This document shows positions 1 through 11,700 of a stretch of 64,000 bases of DNA, in pieces (within the stretch, counting starts at the first letter, position 1; every line of letters begins with the position of its first letter). The stretch comes from Moniliella sp. 'wahieum' (lineage: Eukaryota): positions 1-64,000 of the forward strand of contig RSEE01000120.1 in the NCBI GenBank assembly GCA_003971905.1. The letters run 5' to 3'. The translations under genes were made by a program, and so were the position numbers. The notes below the pieces were generated by a model. It saw only the letters and a program-made list of their open reading frames with translations, was not told the DNA's origin and did no database searches.

Positions 1-791
1 TCACACAACAAGACCACCCCAAAGGAGCAGAAAGGATCCCAATGGCCGTGCAATGGCCCAGCTCACAGCCAATATCCCGTTGCCATTCGAACTGAACTGA
101 GGTCCAACCCTCTTGCAACTCTGCCTGCGGGATCAGGGAGATGGGTCGCGATCGATATCGTTTCCTGTCGCTTACAAAAGCGCCGGTCTCAAAGTGGCCT
201 CTTAGATCTTAAGGCCCTCCGGTGATGATGCCAGTGACGTGTGCGGTGCAGACCCCGTCTCTGGAGCCGTGAGGCCAGCCGTCTTCAGAGGAGCGAAGAT
301 GGTACCGAGTTGAGCCAATCGACGTGCATACACTTGGAGCGCGGGCCCGGGCCAGGCGCGCTGTCGGGGGCACGACGAGATGTGGCCAGAGACGACGAGA
401 GGGGTAGAGGAGAGGTGCACTGCGTGGTAGGCGGGGTGAGGCCGGCGGTGAGGCCGGTGAGGGTGGGCGATGGCCAGGAGGGCGTTTGCAATGTTTCCTG
501 TCGCAGCGCGCCCAGAGGGGCAGCAGCGGGGCAGCCGACGAGCTCCTGCCGGCTGCCGCCCAGCAGCCGTCGCAGCGCGGCACGAGCACGGCAGAGGGGC
601 AGTTTCGCATGCCGGCATGCACGCAGCATCATGCATCATGCATCATGCGTCCAGTGGGTTAGCCGCCCAGGCTGTGGTGGGGCGGCGCGCCCATCCAGCT
701 CATCGCCCATCGCCTTGCGCATCGCCTCCCGCATCGCGCCCCGTCGCCATCGCCATCGCCACCATCCCCATCCATTGCCGGGGCCTCAGCC

Positions 792-3700
792 ATGAGCGCA
801 CTTCCAGGCCACAGCGACCGCCCCGAGCCAGCAGCCAGCCCCCTCCCCCCCGACGACGACTTTGACGACGGCAACATTGCTGCTGCTCTCGACGACCACA
901 AGCCCAAGCACAAGCCTAGCCCCACCCCCGATCACACACCTCAGTCTCAGCCCCAGCCCCCGCCTCTCGCAGCCCCCCTCGACCTTCCCGCCACAGCAAC
1001 GGCTCCCGACGCACCTGATCATCACGATATGGAAGAACCTCCTCCCGAGGACGAGGACGATGGCGATATTGGTCTTGTCGCATCCCCGCCATCGTCTCCA
1101 CGACCACAACCCCCCACTCAGCCCCGCTCCCTCGACCAAGATTAATCCTCAGTCCGTGCCTCCGTCTCCGCATCATTCCCAGATCGTGCGCCAGTCATCG
1201 CTCAAGGCCAAGGGGTTGGACGAAGAAGTTAACGACACATCACCCGCGGCGTCACGCACACCCTCGCCTGCACCCGCCCCTGCTCCTACTACATCTGGGG
1301 AAAGTTCTCCTCTCTTCTGAGCCTCTTGCTGAGCCTTCACCCCCCAACACCCCTTCGACTCCCGAAGAGTCACTCAAACCGCATGTTCCCAGTGGTGTCT
1401 CCCTCACCACCAGCCCGGCGGTCGAGGAAGATCATAAGGCTCAGCTTACCCCGGCGGTTGAGGAAGATCATAAGGCGGAGCCTACCCCTCGTGCGTCAAG
1501 GGAGTCGAATCGGTCCTCAACCACACCTCGTGGCTCAGTTGAAGACAAACCCTCTCTCCTCAGAGCCGAGTTGTGGTTGTTGTGCCAGAACCGGAATCCA
1601 CAGACCCCAAAGCTAAAGGAAAGGGGAAAGCCTCGCCTTCGAAGGGAGACAACACCACTAAGCGGGGTAAGAGGACAAGGACAAGAGCAAGGAAGAGGAA
1701 GAGGAAGAGGAACGCAACCCTCTCAATTTGCGCGAAAGCGATCTGCTCCGGGTGAAGGCGCGGATGGAACGAGGCTGGGGTCGGGCTGCGTCGCCAGTAA
1801 AGGAGGAGGAAGAGGTGGACGTGATGGCCGACGATGACGACGGGTGGCAAGAGATGCCGGTAATGCGGACGATTAATGAGGAAACCGAGGCGTACAATGT
1901 CCTAGACGAGGAAGATCGTAAGCGGCTTCACTTTCGTGTGCCATCACCCGAGAGAGTTGCGGCCGCCGCGGCCGAATTGCCCCCCGCCCTTCCCGATCCC
2001 AAGCGAGGCCATGCTCGTATGGGTTCCAAAAGTAAGCGTCGTTCCCTGTTAGGCGCTGGGAATGCGACGGGACAAACGCTTGGCGTGTACGACGCTCGTG
2101 GATACGAGTGGCGGGCCCGGCCCGAGTCCGACTCGGAAGGGGCGGATGATGATGAGGATGCGCATCTGGATGAGATGGGGCCCGGACGTGGGTACACTCA
2201 AGTGCATCTGGACGAGGACGAGGAGGCTGAGCAGCTGTATGCTGCGACCGAGTACCTCTTCTCCAATGTCGACCGCAACCCGTATTCGGAAAAGCCGGCG
2301 GTCGATGCCGCTGCACAGATGAACACCGCCAAGGATTCCTGAGCGAGGGGCAACGAATTGCGTATGTAGGGTTGTGTGCGCTTCTCGCACGGCAAGTAAG
2401 TGAAACCCCGCTGCTTGTCCCTCCACCCTCAGCGAAGAGCAAGAAACCTCCTCCGCCCGACTTGGGCAAACCCAACCGCGCGTTAGCCACAGCACTGGAC
2501 AGCGGCCACGCGTGGATCACAGATGTGCTGGCCAAACTCTATCTTCATATGGATATTGCCCCGCCTGAACAAACCATGATTGCGCAACTGGGTCAACATG
2601 GTGTGCTTCCCTCAGACCTGGCACCGACCCTGATCACAACCCAAACGATCGACAATCCCGACTTTGATCCGGACGCGCTTGCGGAGCGGGAAAAGGAGGA
2701 GGAAGACCGGACGGAAGTGCAGGCTCTAAGCCAAGCCGTCGACGGGGCCCAGTCCACAACTCCATCCGCCGAGGAGCCCGACGAGGCCACGCTCGTTGGC
2801 GATCCTTCTCTCTCTACGGACCTACGTCTGAGCCAGGATGAGGAGACAGGGGTCAAACCGGCCTTGCTCGATCCCAACTCGGCGGCGCAGGGCAACATTG
2901 GGGAACTTCGTGGGCACACCGAGTGGGCAGTGCGCCACACACACAAGAACATGGCCCCTCTTCCCATGCATGGCGCGCCCAATGAGCCCGTGGGCCCCAC
3001 CCCCGACTCTGGGTCGGCTGATGCACCGGCCGCAGGCAATCAGCCCCCCCCCTCGGGCGTTGCTGGGGACGACAAAGGGACGCTGGCCACAGCCCCAACG
3101 GCCTTGGCGGGTGTCAGTACCGAGGTGACCTCTGCTGATCGAACCATCACGCTCGACCTGCGTTGGACCGTGCTGTGCGATCTGTTTTTGTTGGTCACGT
3201 TTGATGCGGACTACGATGCGCGGAGCCGAACATTACTGGAGCAGGTGGCGGCAGCGTTGGGGTTGAGCGCACTGGATGTGACCAAATTTGAGACGCGGAT
3301 TGCAGAGACGCTGGAGATTGATGATGGCGCTGCTCGTCATTTGCGCTTGCGCGACCGGCAAGCGATCCAGAAACGCGCCGCTGCGGCCAAGCGGCGGCGG
3401 TTGCTCATGATGGGCCTGGCTACCATTGGCGGCGGCGTGGTGTTAGGGCTGAGTGCTGGGCTGCTGGCGCCCATCATTGGGGTTGGGTTGGGCGCTGCGT
3501 TCAGTACGATTGGTATTGGGGGCACGTCAGCATTTTTTGGTGGCGCAGGCGGTGCGGCAGTCATCACCACCACCGCCACCCTTGCTGGTGGCGGCATGGC
3601 AGGCAACAGTATGGGTCGTCGAACGCGCGCGGTCAAGGTGTTCGAGTTCAAACCGGTTCACAGTAACAATCGCTTTCGCTGCATTCTCGGCATTCCTGGG

Positions 3701-5684
3701 TACGTTTTCCCCTTCCAGCCTTCTATTTTGATGTGCACCCGAGCTAATCATTGATGAACAGGTTTATGAACGGTGCCCAAGATGATCCCCGTCTCCCCTT
3801 TAGTACGGTGGATAGCATGATGGGCGACCTGTTCAGTGTGCTGTGGGAGCCGGATTTGATGCGCGAGATGGGTGCAGCGATGGGCATCTTGTGGAACGAA
3901 ACGGTTGCTGCTGGAATTCAACAGCTGTTAGCGGCCACCGTGGCAGGCAGCTTGATTGGTGCGTTGACCTGGCCTTTGTGGCTCAGCAAGCTGTCGTACT
4001 TGATTGACAATCCTTGGTCCAACTCGCTCGACCGCGCCAAGGCAGCGGGGCTGATCCTGGCGGATGTGATCGTGCATCGCCAGATGGGCTCGCGGCCGTT
4101 GACATTGGTTGCGTTTAGCCTGGGCGCCCGTGTCATTTTCTATGCGTTGCGAGAACTGTATCGGATAAACGGGTTTGGGCTGGTACAGGATGTCTACCTT
4201 GTCGGGGCTCCCGTGACGGCGAGCGACAAGGTGTGGCGCCAAGTGCGCTCCGTTGTCGCTGGCCGGTTTGTCAATGGCTATTCTAAGACCGATTGGATCT
4301 TGGGCTACCTGCACCGTGCCACTTCGGGCGGTTTGGCGTCCGTCGCCGGCTTGCACCCCATCACCGGCGCACCTGCCGTGGACAATGTGGACCTGACGCA
4401 AATCGTGCCGGGTCACTTGGCATACCGAGCCTTAATGCCACTGGTCCTGGGCGAGCTGGGCTTCCGCACCACGGCCGATTACTTTGACGAGCCCGAAGAT
4501 CTGTCCAAGATTCCAGAGAGGGAGGTACGACCGATGACAGAGGAAGAGCTGCGGGGCGGTGCATGAGTTAAACTATGCCTCGGCCGGGGACGAGGAGAAG
4601 ATTGCCACGGCGATTGCAGCGGCACAGGCGGCCAAGGGGCCGCCACCACCCCGACCAAGACGAATGCGTTTGCCAACTTTTTCAAGCGAAGCAGCAAAAA
4701 GTCCTCGACCCCAGCGGCTACGCCCACTCGGCCAAACGGGGTGGCTAGCCCCCCACGGAAAGCCAAGGCAGCGGCGGCAAGCGCACCGGATTATGATTAC
4801 GATGAGGACGTGGATGTGGAGGGCGAAGTGCGGGAGGACGATGGCCCACTGGAGCCGGAAGAGAAGCACGACACGCCTTCCTCTTCCCGCACATCCCTCA
4901 CCTTGGTGGGCCCGAGCCAGGCTCGGTTCGATCCCGACGCCATTCTGGCCGAACTGCGCAGTGCTGGGATCGAGGTCAAGGAGTTGCCGTCCAACATGCC
5001 TATTCTCCAAGTCAGCCGCCCGCGCGCGCGGACAAACAGTGTACCGGCCCCCGTCGCCACGTCACCTTCGACATCCACCTTGTCGCTGGCCGCCTCTACC
5101 GCCTCGGCTCCTGTCTCCACTACCCTGACCGATGGCGCAAAGCGAAAGACCTACACCGAATCCAACTTATCCTCAGTCTGGGGCGAGGCGGACCTTGCTG
5201 CGCCCGTCAGCGCGTATGGCTCTACCACCCGTCTTTCCGCACTGGCGCCCGAGGTGAGGAGAGAAAGTTCCGGTGGCGGTCTGGGCGCTTGGGGGGAATC
5301 CAGCACGCACCTACCTTCTCTCCCTGCCGTATCCAACGTTCGTTCGGGTCGGTGGGGGGAAGCCGAGACCAGCGAGGGGGCGGAACTATCGCACGGACTC
5401 GCTTCGCCCCCCTCTGTACCCCGTCTTCCTCCCTCCTCACCTGTCGGACTGCGCAGCCTCTCCCTCGTCCCCCCCGCTAGCACCGCTAGCACCGCTAGTA
5501 CCACAACCTCGCTTCCCCGCGCTGGGGGACTGCGACCGCCACTGGTTCCTCCGCCCCGGGCGTCGCACTGCCCCTCGACTTGGACCTCCCCTTGCCCCCG
5601 CCCCCGGCCACACCGACGCTCACGTTTGGCGCGCAGGATGGCGAGATCACATTGCAAGAGGATGAGAATCCGTGGGGGTCGTGA
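792..5684 (+). CDS. DUF726/TMCO4-family (Mil1/YFL034W-like) membrane protein with alpha/beta-hydrolase-like domain; frameshifted; intron 3700-3761
   Basis: ORFs 2372-3754 and 3751-4566 give LDLRWTVLCDLFL, YDARSR, GLATIGGGVVLGLSAGLLAP, IDNPWSNSLDRA, RPLTLVAFSLGARVIF and DWILGYLHR. GTACGT..GCTAAT..CAG intron. Long acidic/Pro-rich termini; ends ENPWGS-TGA at 5684. Confidence 0.85.
1414..1486 (+). repeat. 36-bp coding tandem duplication (PAVEEDHKAxxT x2)
   Basis: CCCGGCGGT(C/T)GAGGAAGATCATAAGGC starts at 1414 and again at 1450. Confidence 0.8.
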
Positions 5685-6390
5685 CGGCTTGCGCACAGCG
5701 CCCAGAGCATGCATGCGGCGTGAGGGGACGGAGGGAGGACCTCGATTGGCAGTTGCTGGAGGGTTCGGCTGTAGCGTACCCTACCGTACCCTACCTACCT
5801 ACCTAGCTACCTACCTACTTTCTTCTCATTCCCATCGAATCAATTGTGCTACCCATCTATCAAGTCACGGTGCAGCGTCCGGGCCAATAGGCCCAGGCGC
5901 GTTTTTAGGTCGCAGCGTAGCGCAATGAGATGCATTCATCCGTCGCTCCTCGTTTCGCCTCCTCTCACCTCACACGGTCGGTTTGTTGGTGGTCGAGTAC
6001 CGTGGAGCCTAAGCTAGTGATCAGTAGCTGGACGTTCAACCAGGGCAGAGCGGATGAGAGTGAGGTAGGAGCCTCTACCTGCCCAAACCAGTACCAGAGG
6101 ATTAGAGAAAGGAGCCTATCAAGCCAAGAACCAAGCTTCGACCGATCAAAGAGCAAATAAGGCCTAGGGGCCGACATGGTATAGAATTGTTCGTGCGGAT
6201 GAAGACAGGGATGGGTCAGACAGCGTTCTCAAAACAGATGCGCAAGATGAGGAAATGCGAGCAACGAAGGAAGAAGTGTGTTGGTGTGTGTGGAATGGGG
6301 GGGGGGGTGACAAGAACGCCAATTATAATAGGTAACATGTAAATGGAAAGCCAGAAGGGAAGGGAAGGTGCACCCCACCACATCCGTCAC

Positions 6391-8102
6391 CTACACGCTT
6401 GACACCGGGACGGCTTGCGGTGCCATGCCGAACGTCGGTGTAGGTACGTTGAGCAGGGCCTGGAGCTGAGCTTGGGCTGCGGCCTGCGCTTGCAGTTGCG
6501 CTTGCGCTTGAACATGTGCTTGAACTTGGGCTTGGATCTGGGCCTGGGCAAGGAGTTGAGTCTGGAGCTGGGTCTGGAGCTGGGTCTGGAGCTGAGCCTG
6601 AAGCTGAGCCTGGAGTTGAGCCTGCAACTGGGCCTGCAACTGGGCTTGGAGCTGAGCCTTGGCTTGGGTTTCAAGCTGCATGCGCATCTGCTTCTCGACT
6701 TTGGCCTGGGCGCAGGCCAAGCTATGCGCATACGCCTGGACCGACGTCGTGGCCAACATGTCTGGGTGCGCCGGTAAACTCGCTTGGGCCTTGGTAAGGG
6801 TCTGCAGCCAACGTGCCAGCAGCTGCGGTGGCACCAGCTGTTCGCTGCTGCTGGCCTGCGCGGGCGACCAGGTGGGCCCAGGGGTGGCGGTGGGATACTG
6901 CGGTGCGCCCGTGGGAGGCGTGTAAGTAAATCCCGACGACGGTACCAAAGGCACCGACGAGGCTACCGCCGGAGCTGGCGCCGCTTTCTGTGCCGGGAGC
7001 TGTGCAAAGGGCGATGTTGGTGGAGTGGGCAGCGCGTAGCTCGTAAACGGCGCAGTGGGAGGGAGGGGCGAGCCGTTCTCTACCAAAGGCGCGGCAGGTG
7101 GTGTAGGAGTCACCGCTGCGGGGGCCGAAGTCAAGCCGTCCTGTGGCGATCGACGGGGGCAAGCACGGGCAAGCTGAACCATTCGGGTCATCTCGCGTGA
7201 CCGGAAGGCGAGCAACGCCTCGGACCGTGCCTTGAACTGCCTCAGCTCGTCGGGGCTGACAAGAATGGAGTAACCGAGACCGCGCCAAAATGCCAGCTCC
7301 ATCTGAGTTACTGTGCGAGGGGAAGGAAGCTGGGCCAAGGAAGCCCACGTCTTGGCTGTATACGTGTGGTCCTCGAGCAGCTTATTGGCCAAAATCAGAG
7401 CAGACACCGAGACACGGTACTCGACACCAACCACGTCGGCTGTAATGTGGGGCTGGCGGCACTTGAAGCGGTACACGAGTACCCTGGCAAAGACAAACAG
7501 GCAATGCACGTCAGCATACATCAAAACGCGGCCCACAGCAACAGGAGGGGTGGGGGGGAAGAACGTACAAGGCTGTGTATAAGGTCTCGGTCGTTGCACG
7601 GAGCGATCGAATCAGGTCGCGGACACAAGCGACAAAGGCCGTTCTTGGCTGAAAGCGGCGCAAGACTGCGCGCACCTCCGGGGGCTGCGCAGCCACGACA
7701 GGCGAGATTGGTTCGGTGGCAACAAGAGGGGGGGATGGCGCATGGGTGAGCGGGGCGAAGGTGGAGCTGGGCTCGGCGGAGAGAGGGAGCTGGGCAGGGC
7801 GGGGGTGAACCAAAGAAAGCAGACCAATTCGCAAAACCATTGAGCGAGCTGGGTGGAGGTCTGGGATGGCCGTGTGGGGCGGAAGCGCTTGGATGGCGGG
7901 GCGAGCCCGTTGGGCCATTGGGAGACGGGGCGGGGGGCAGGGGGTGGGGCGTGGACGGTGGCGGTAGGAGCAGCCGGGGGGGCAGAGGTAGAAACAGAGG
8001 GGGGAAAGGAGGGGAGGAGTAGGCGGGGCGCGTCCGCCTGCCCAGCAGGCTGGAAATAGTGCCGGGTGCGCAGGACGAGGAGCGGGAGCGGGGCGCAGTC
8101 AT
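6391..8102 (-). CDS. Pho85-type (Pcl/Clg1-like) cyclin with Gln-Ala repeat C-terminus; intron 7484-7568; frameshifted 5' part
   Basis: Cyclin box ...TLYTAL/VLVYRFK...YRVSVSALILANKLLEDHTYTAKTWASL...QMELAFWRGLGYSILVS resembles the ANKxLDDxTYTNKTW motif. GTACGT..GCTGAC..CAG intron. Start codon uncertain. Confidence 0.75.
6460..6670 (-). repeat. 12-bp coding repeat encoding (QAQL/QTQL)n
   Basis: Repeated CTGGAGCTGAGC/CTGGAGCTGGGT units; translation QAQLQAQLQAQL...QTQLQTQL. Confidence 0.85.
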
Positions 8103-8667
8103 GATGGGCGGGGGCGGAGGGAGGCGGAGACCGAGTACGAAGAGGACGAGGGCAAGGAAGAGGAAGTGGAGGAAGAGAAAGAGAAGAGGAAGGCGGTGGT
8201 GGGAAAGATGCTACGGCTGTCCTACTGTATTATACCAGATCGCCACGCCGTCGGCCGTCTGCAAGGGGACAGAGTGTGCCAGGGTGCCGCAGGGTGCAGT
8301 GATCATGCATCATGCATGGCGCACCATGCGTCATCCACTGGCTGGCTGCGGAGGTGCGTGCGGCGTGGCAGTGCGAAGCGGAGCGCCGACGCAGCGCAGG
8401 AGAGCGCAGGAGAGCGCAAGCGAGCGCAGGGCAGCGCAGCACACTGCGCAGCGGGTCACCGATCGCCGAGCACAGGTGGCCTGCACAGGTCAGAATGCAG
8501 AATGCAGAATGCCGGCCATACGCCATGGCGGCGCGGGGGCGCAGTGGCGTGCAGGGGCAGGAGAGCGCAGGAGAGCGCAGGCCCCGCGCGGCGCCAGTGG
8601 AGCGACGAGACGTGTGGGCCGCGGGGCAACCAAATCCATTCTGCCCGACCGAACGACGGTGCATGCA

Positions 8668-8702
8668 TCATACATCATGCATCACGCATCACGCATCATG
8701 CA
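8668..8702. repeat. TNA-N4 heptamer array upstream of the cyclin
   Basis: TCA TACA TCA TGCA TCA CGCA TCA CGCA TCA TGCA. Confidence 0.8.
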
Positions 8703-11700
8703 TCGCCGCGCAGTTCTGACTTGGCAAATTCACCGCGCATTCGCTTGATTAGCTTGATTAGGTCGTCAGTTCTTGCGCTTCCACGAGTCTACATCACCGA
8801 TTGGCGTTCGATAGCACGGCGGCACTCTGCCTGCACGCCGCACCCTCTCGCCCAGCCTGCCGACGGCGTGGCTCCCCCAGCGGGCGCTTCTAATCACCTC
8901 ACCAGCCACGCCACAGGCCCGCCAGGCGCCCGCCTCCCGCCCACTGGTCCCACTCGCCCCTCCCATCCCACATCCGCGCCATATGCGTCCCCCGCTTCCT
9001 GCCGCCTTGCCACCCGCCCCGCGCGGCACAGCGCCCGTGCTGCCGTCCGCTGCCGAATCCGGATTGCGCTCCGCCGCCTCAGCCACGCGTCCCGCGTCCC
9101 TCGTCACTCGCGTCACCACCACTGAGCATGTGCATATCAACCGCTGGGGGCTGGGGACAGCTGTAAATTACACGCCTGGCCCAGGTCATCGATCCGGTCC
9201 TCGGCAATCGAGAATCCTCTGACATCGCACCTCTGACTGGGTCTGGCGAGTCGACCAAACGGCGAGTGCCCTCCCTCCTAAGACCGTCGAGGACGGTCCG
9301 TTTCCATCGGGGTCCGGTTGTGTCACGCCTCACGCGTGCCGCTTCCTCGTCTGCATCATCAATCTTTTTGAGCGCGGTGTGTCACCGGCACCACGCTGAG
9401 CAGCATGTAAAGCTTGTAAAGGTCAGCCAGTCATAAGTTTCTCAGCCTCTCAGTCGAGCGCATGTCATGCGTTCCTCGATCATTGATCGGCCCAACGCCC
9501 ATCGTTCGTCGGAGCGTCAATAACACGTCAGCGTCTAGCTGCGGTCGCTGGGCGAAGAGCACGAACGGCACATAGATATTAGATCCTCTTCAGGCTGTGG
9601 CGGAGCGACAATCGACGCCCGCATGAGGCCCGACGACACAAGCGCCGTTCTGCCAAGAACAAAGCCTGCCAGTGTATCATGTAGCAACTAGCGCAGCACG
9701 TAGCACATACTAGCACACCGCGAGGGTGCATGTGCCTGTAACAGTAACACGATCACAAAAGGTGCCTATAGTGGAGCAGAGCATACCAAAGAAACTAAGG
9801 GAAAAGAGAAATGGCGTCGTTCCCCACAGTGCTCTCGGAGCTTCGTTGTTTGTCTGGCTAGTCTCAGGAAGGCGCTCCCCCGGAGCGGCTCCGCGGCTCA
9901 GCGCCAGCCCTGCTGAGCCTCGGCCTCTCCGGGCCTCGACAAACTGAACATGAGCCCGTAATGAAAGGCCGCGGTGTTACAATGCGATGCATGAGCATGA
10001 TGCATGACACGGGCCAGCCGCCTTCTGTTGTTTATCACATCTTGCGTCTTACATTCATTACAGCTTTACGCCATTGAATTTCCAGCTTAAGGCCGTGGGT
10101 CATACCAATTACTAGTTACTGCTCCCGCCCACCTTTGCGGTGCACGACGCCATAATAAGAGGATGGAATGGTGTGTGCGCTGACCCGCTGGTGGCGGCCG
10201 CGGCGTCGCCTGGCGTAGCCGAGCCATAGGCCGATTCAAGCCGAGCGTTGAACCTCAGCTTCAGCCTCAGCGGCTGAGTGCTGGCCTGCGCCGGCGTGTG
10301 ACATGGGACGCGTGACGCGCTGACTGAGGTAGCACCCACACGGGCGCACTAGGGCGGGGCGAAATGTCAAACGCGTCCAACTGAACCCACGCCACGCCAG
10401 GTCCCGCTGTGTGAGATCTGAGTCACCTCTGAATTTGAGAGAGCCAGCATGCAACAGAAGGCTGGCCGCGGAGCTGGGCAGGCTGGGCAGTGGCTGGGCA
10501 GGCGCGAGAGGGTTGGGCGCTGGATTGCGGGGCCAGGGAAAAGAGCGGGATGGAAATTCAATTTGGGTTGCCGGGGATCCCGCCTTAGTTACCGGTTACT
10601 GGTTATGTGGTAAGCACCGAGTATGAAATGTCCCGCCGCCACACCCACACCCCACCAAAGCCGAGCGGCGGAGTAAGGAGCAAAGGAGCAGGCAAATGCA
10701 GCTTACATCCGTCGTATGCTGCGCAGCAGGAAGGAAACAGCGCTCCCCTACACTTGCCCTCTGCTCGGGTGGGTTGCAGACGAGGCAGCCAACGGCATGA
10801 ATCATGAATCTTGCGTGCACGTGGGAAAGGTGATGCAGACGTGGGACTATCGACTATCGGTTGTCCCATGTCCTGGGCGCATGGTAGGGCAAATGAAGCT
10901 CATCAAGCTTCAAGCTTCAAGCGTGGTCGAGGGGTCGGCCGGTGCATGGTGCGACAGCACGCTAGCCCCAAGGCAGGCACAGAGCACTCGGCACGAGCTG
11001 GGCCCTGCCTGGCCTACCTAGGCCCTAAGCGATGTCCATGGACATGGTACACAACACTCGGCCACTGCCACCCAATGCGACACGGCCAGGAACGAGGCGG
11101 GCACACTGGCCCTGTGCCCGACGTGATCCAAACCCCGCTGCCTGTTGTCAGATCTCAATCGCACCAGGGACGAAGAAACTTGCCGTCCCTACCGCCCCCC
11201 TTGCTCCACCCAACAAAAAGAAGCCGGGTCGTCCGAGCACCACGCAGGAGAGCGCGGTACACATTACTGCCGCGGGCCAGGTACAGCCTCCCAGTCCCCT
11301 GCCCGCCCGAGGCTGAGTAGCTGGCAGAGCTTGCCGCTTCAACACCCAACGCCCAACATGCAACGCACGTACGAACGTCAACGTGTCAACATTCAACGTA
11401 TTCACCCCTTCACATGTACACGTGGTTGCCCAGCGGCCAGGCAAATACTTTGGCGTCAGGGCCTCAGGCCTTAGCCCCTCAGCACCGCAACGTTCAACAC
11501 GTTCAACCTTGAAAGCCTTAGGCACCTCTCTCGTGCATCATGCAGCTTGAGTCGTTGAACCTGTCAGCGCGCCGGGCCTGAGATCTGGAACGGCCGCCTG
11601 TAGTGCGGAGCTTGTCTACTAATCTTAATCACAGGCCCACACAGGGCCAACCATCCAGCCACGCTTGTCCACAGCCAGTTCCTAGTTACTAGTATACCCT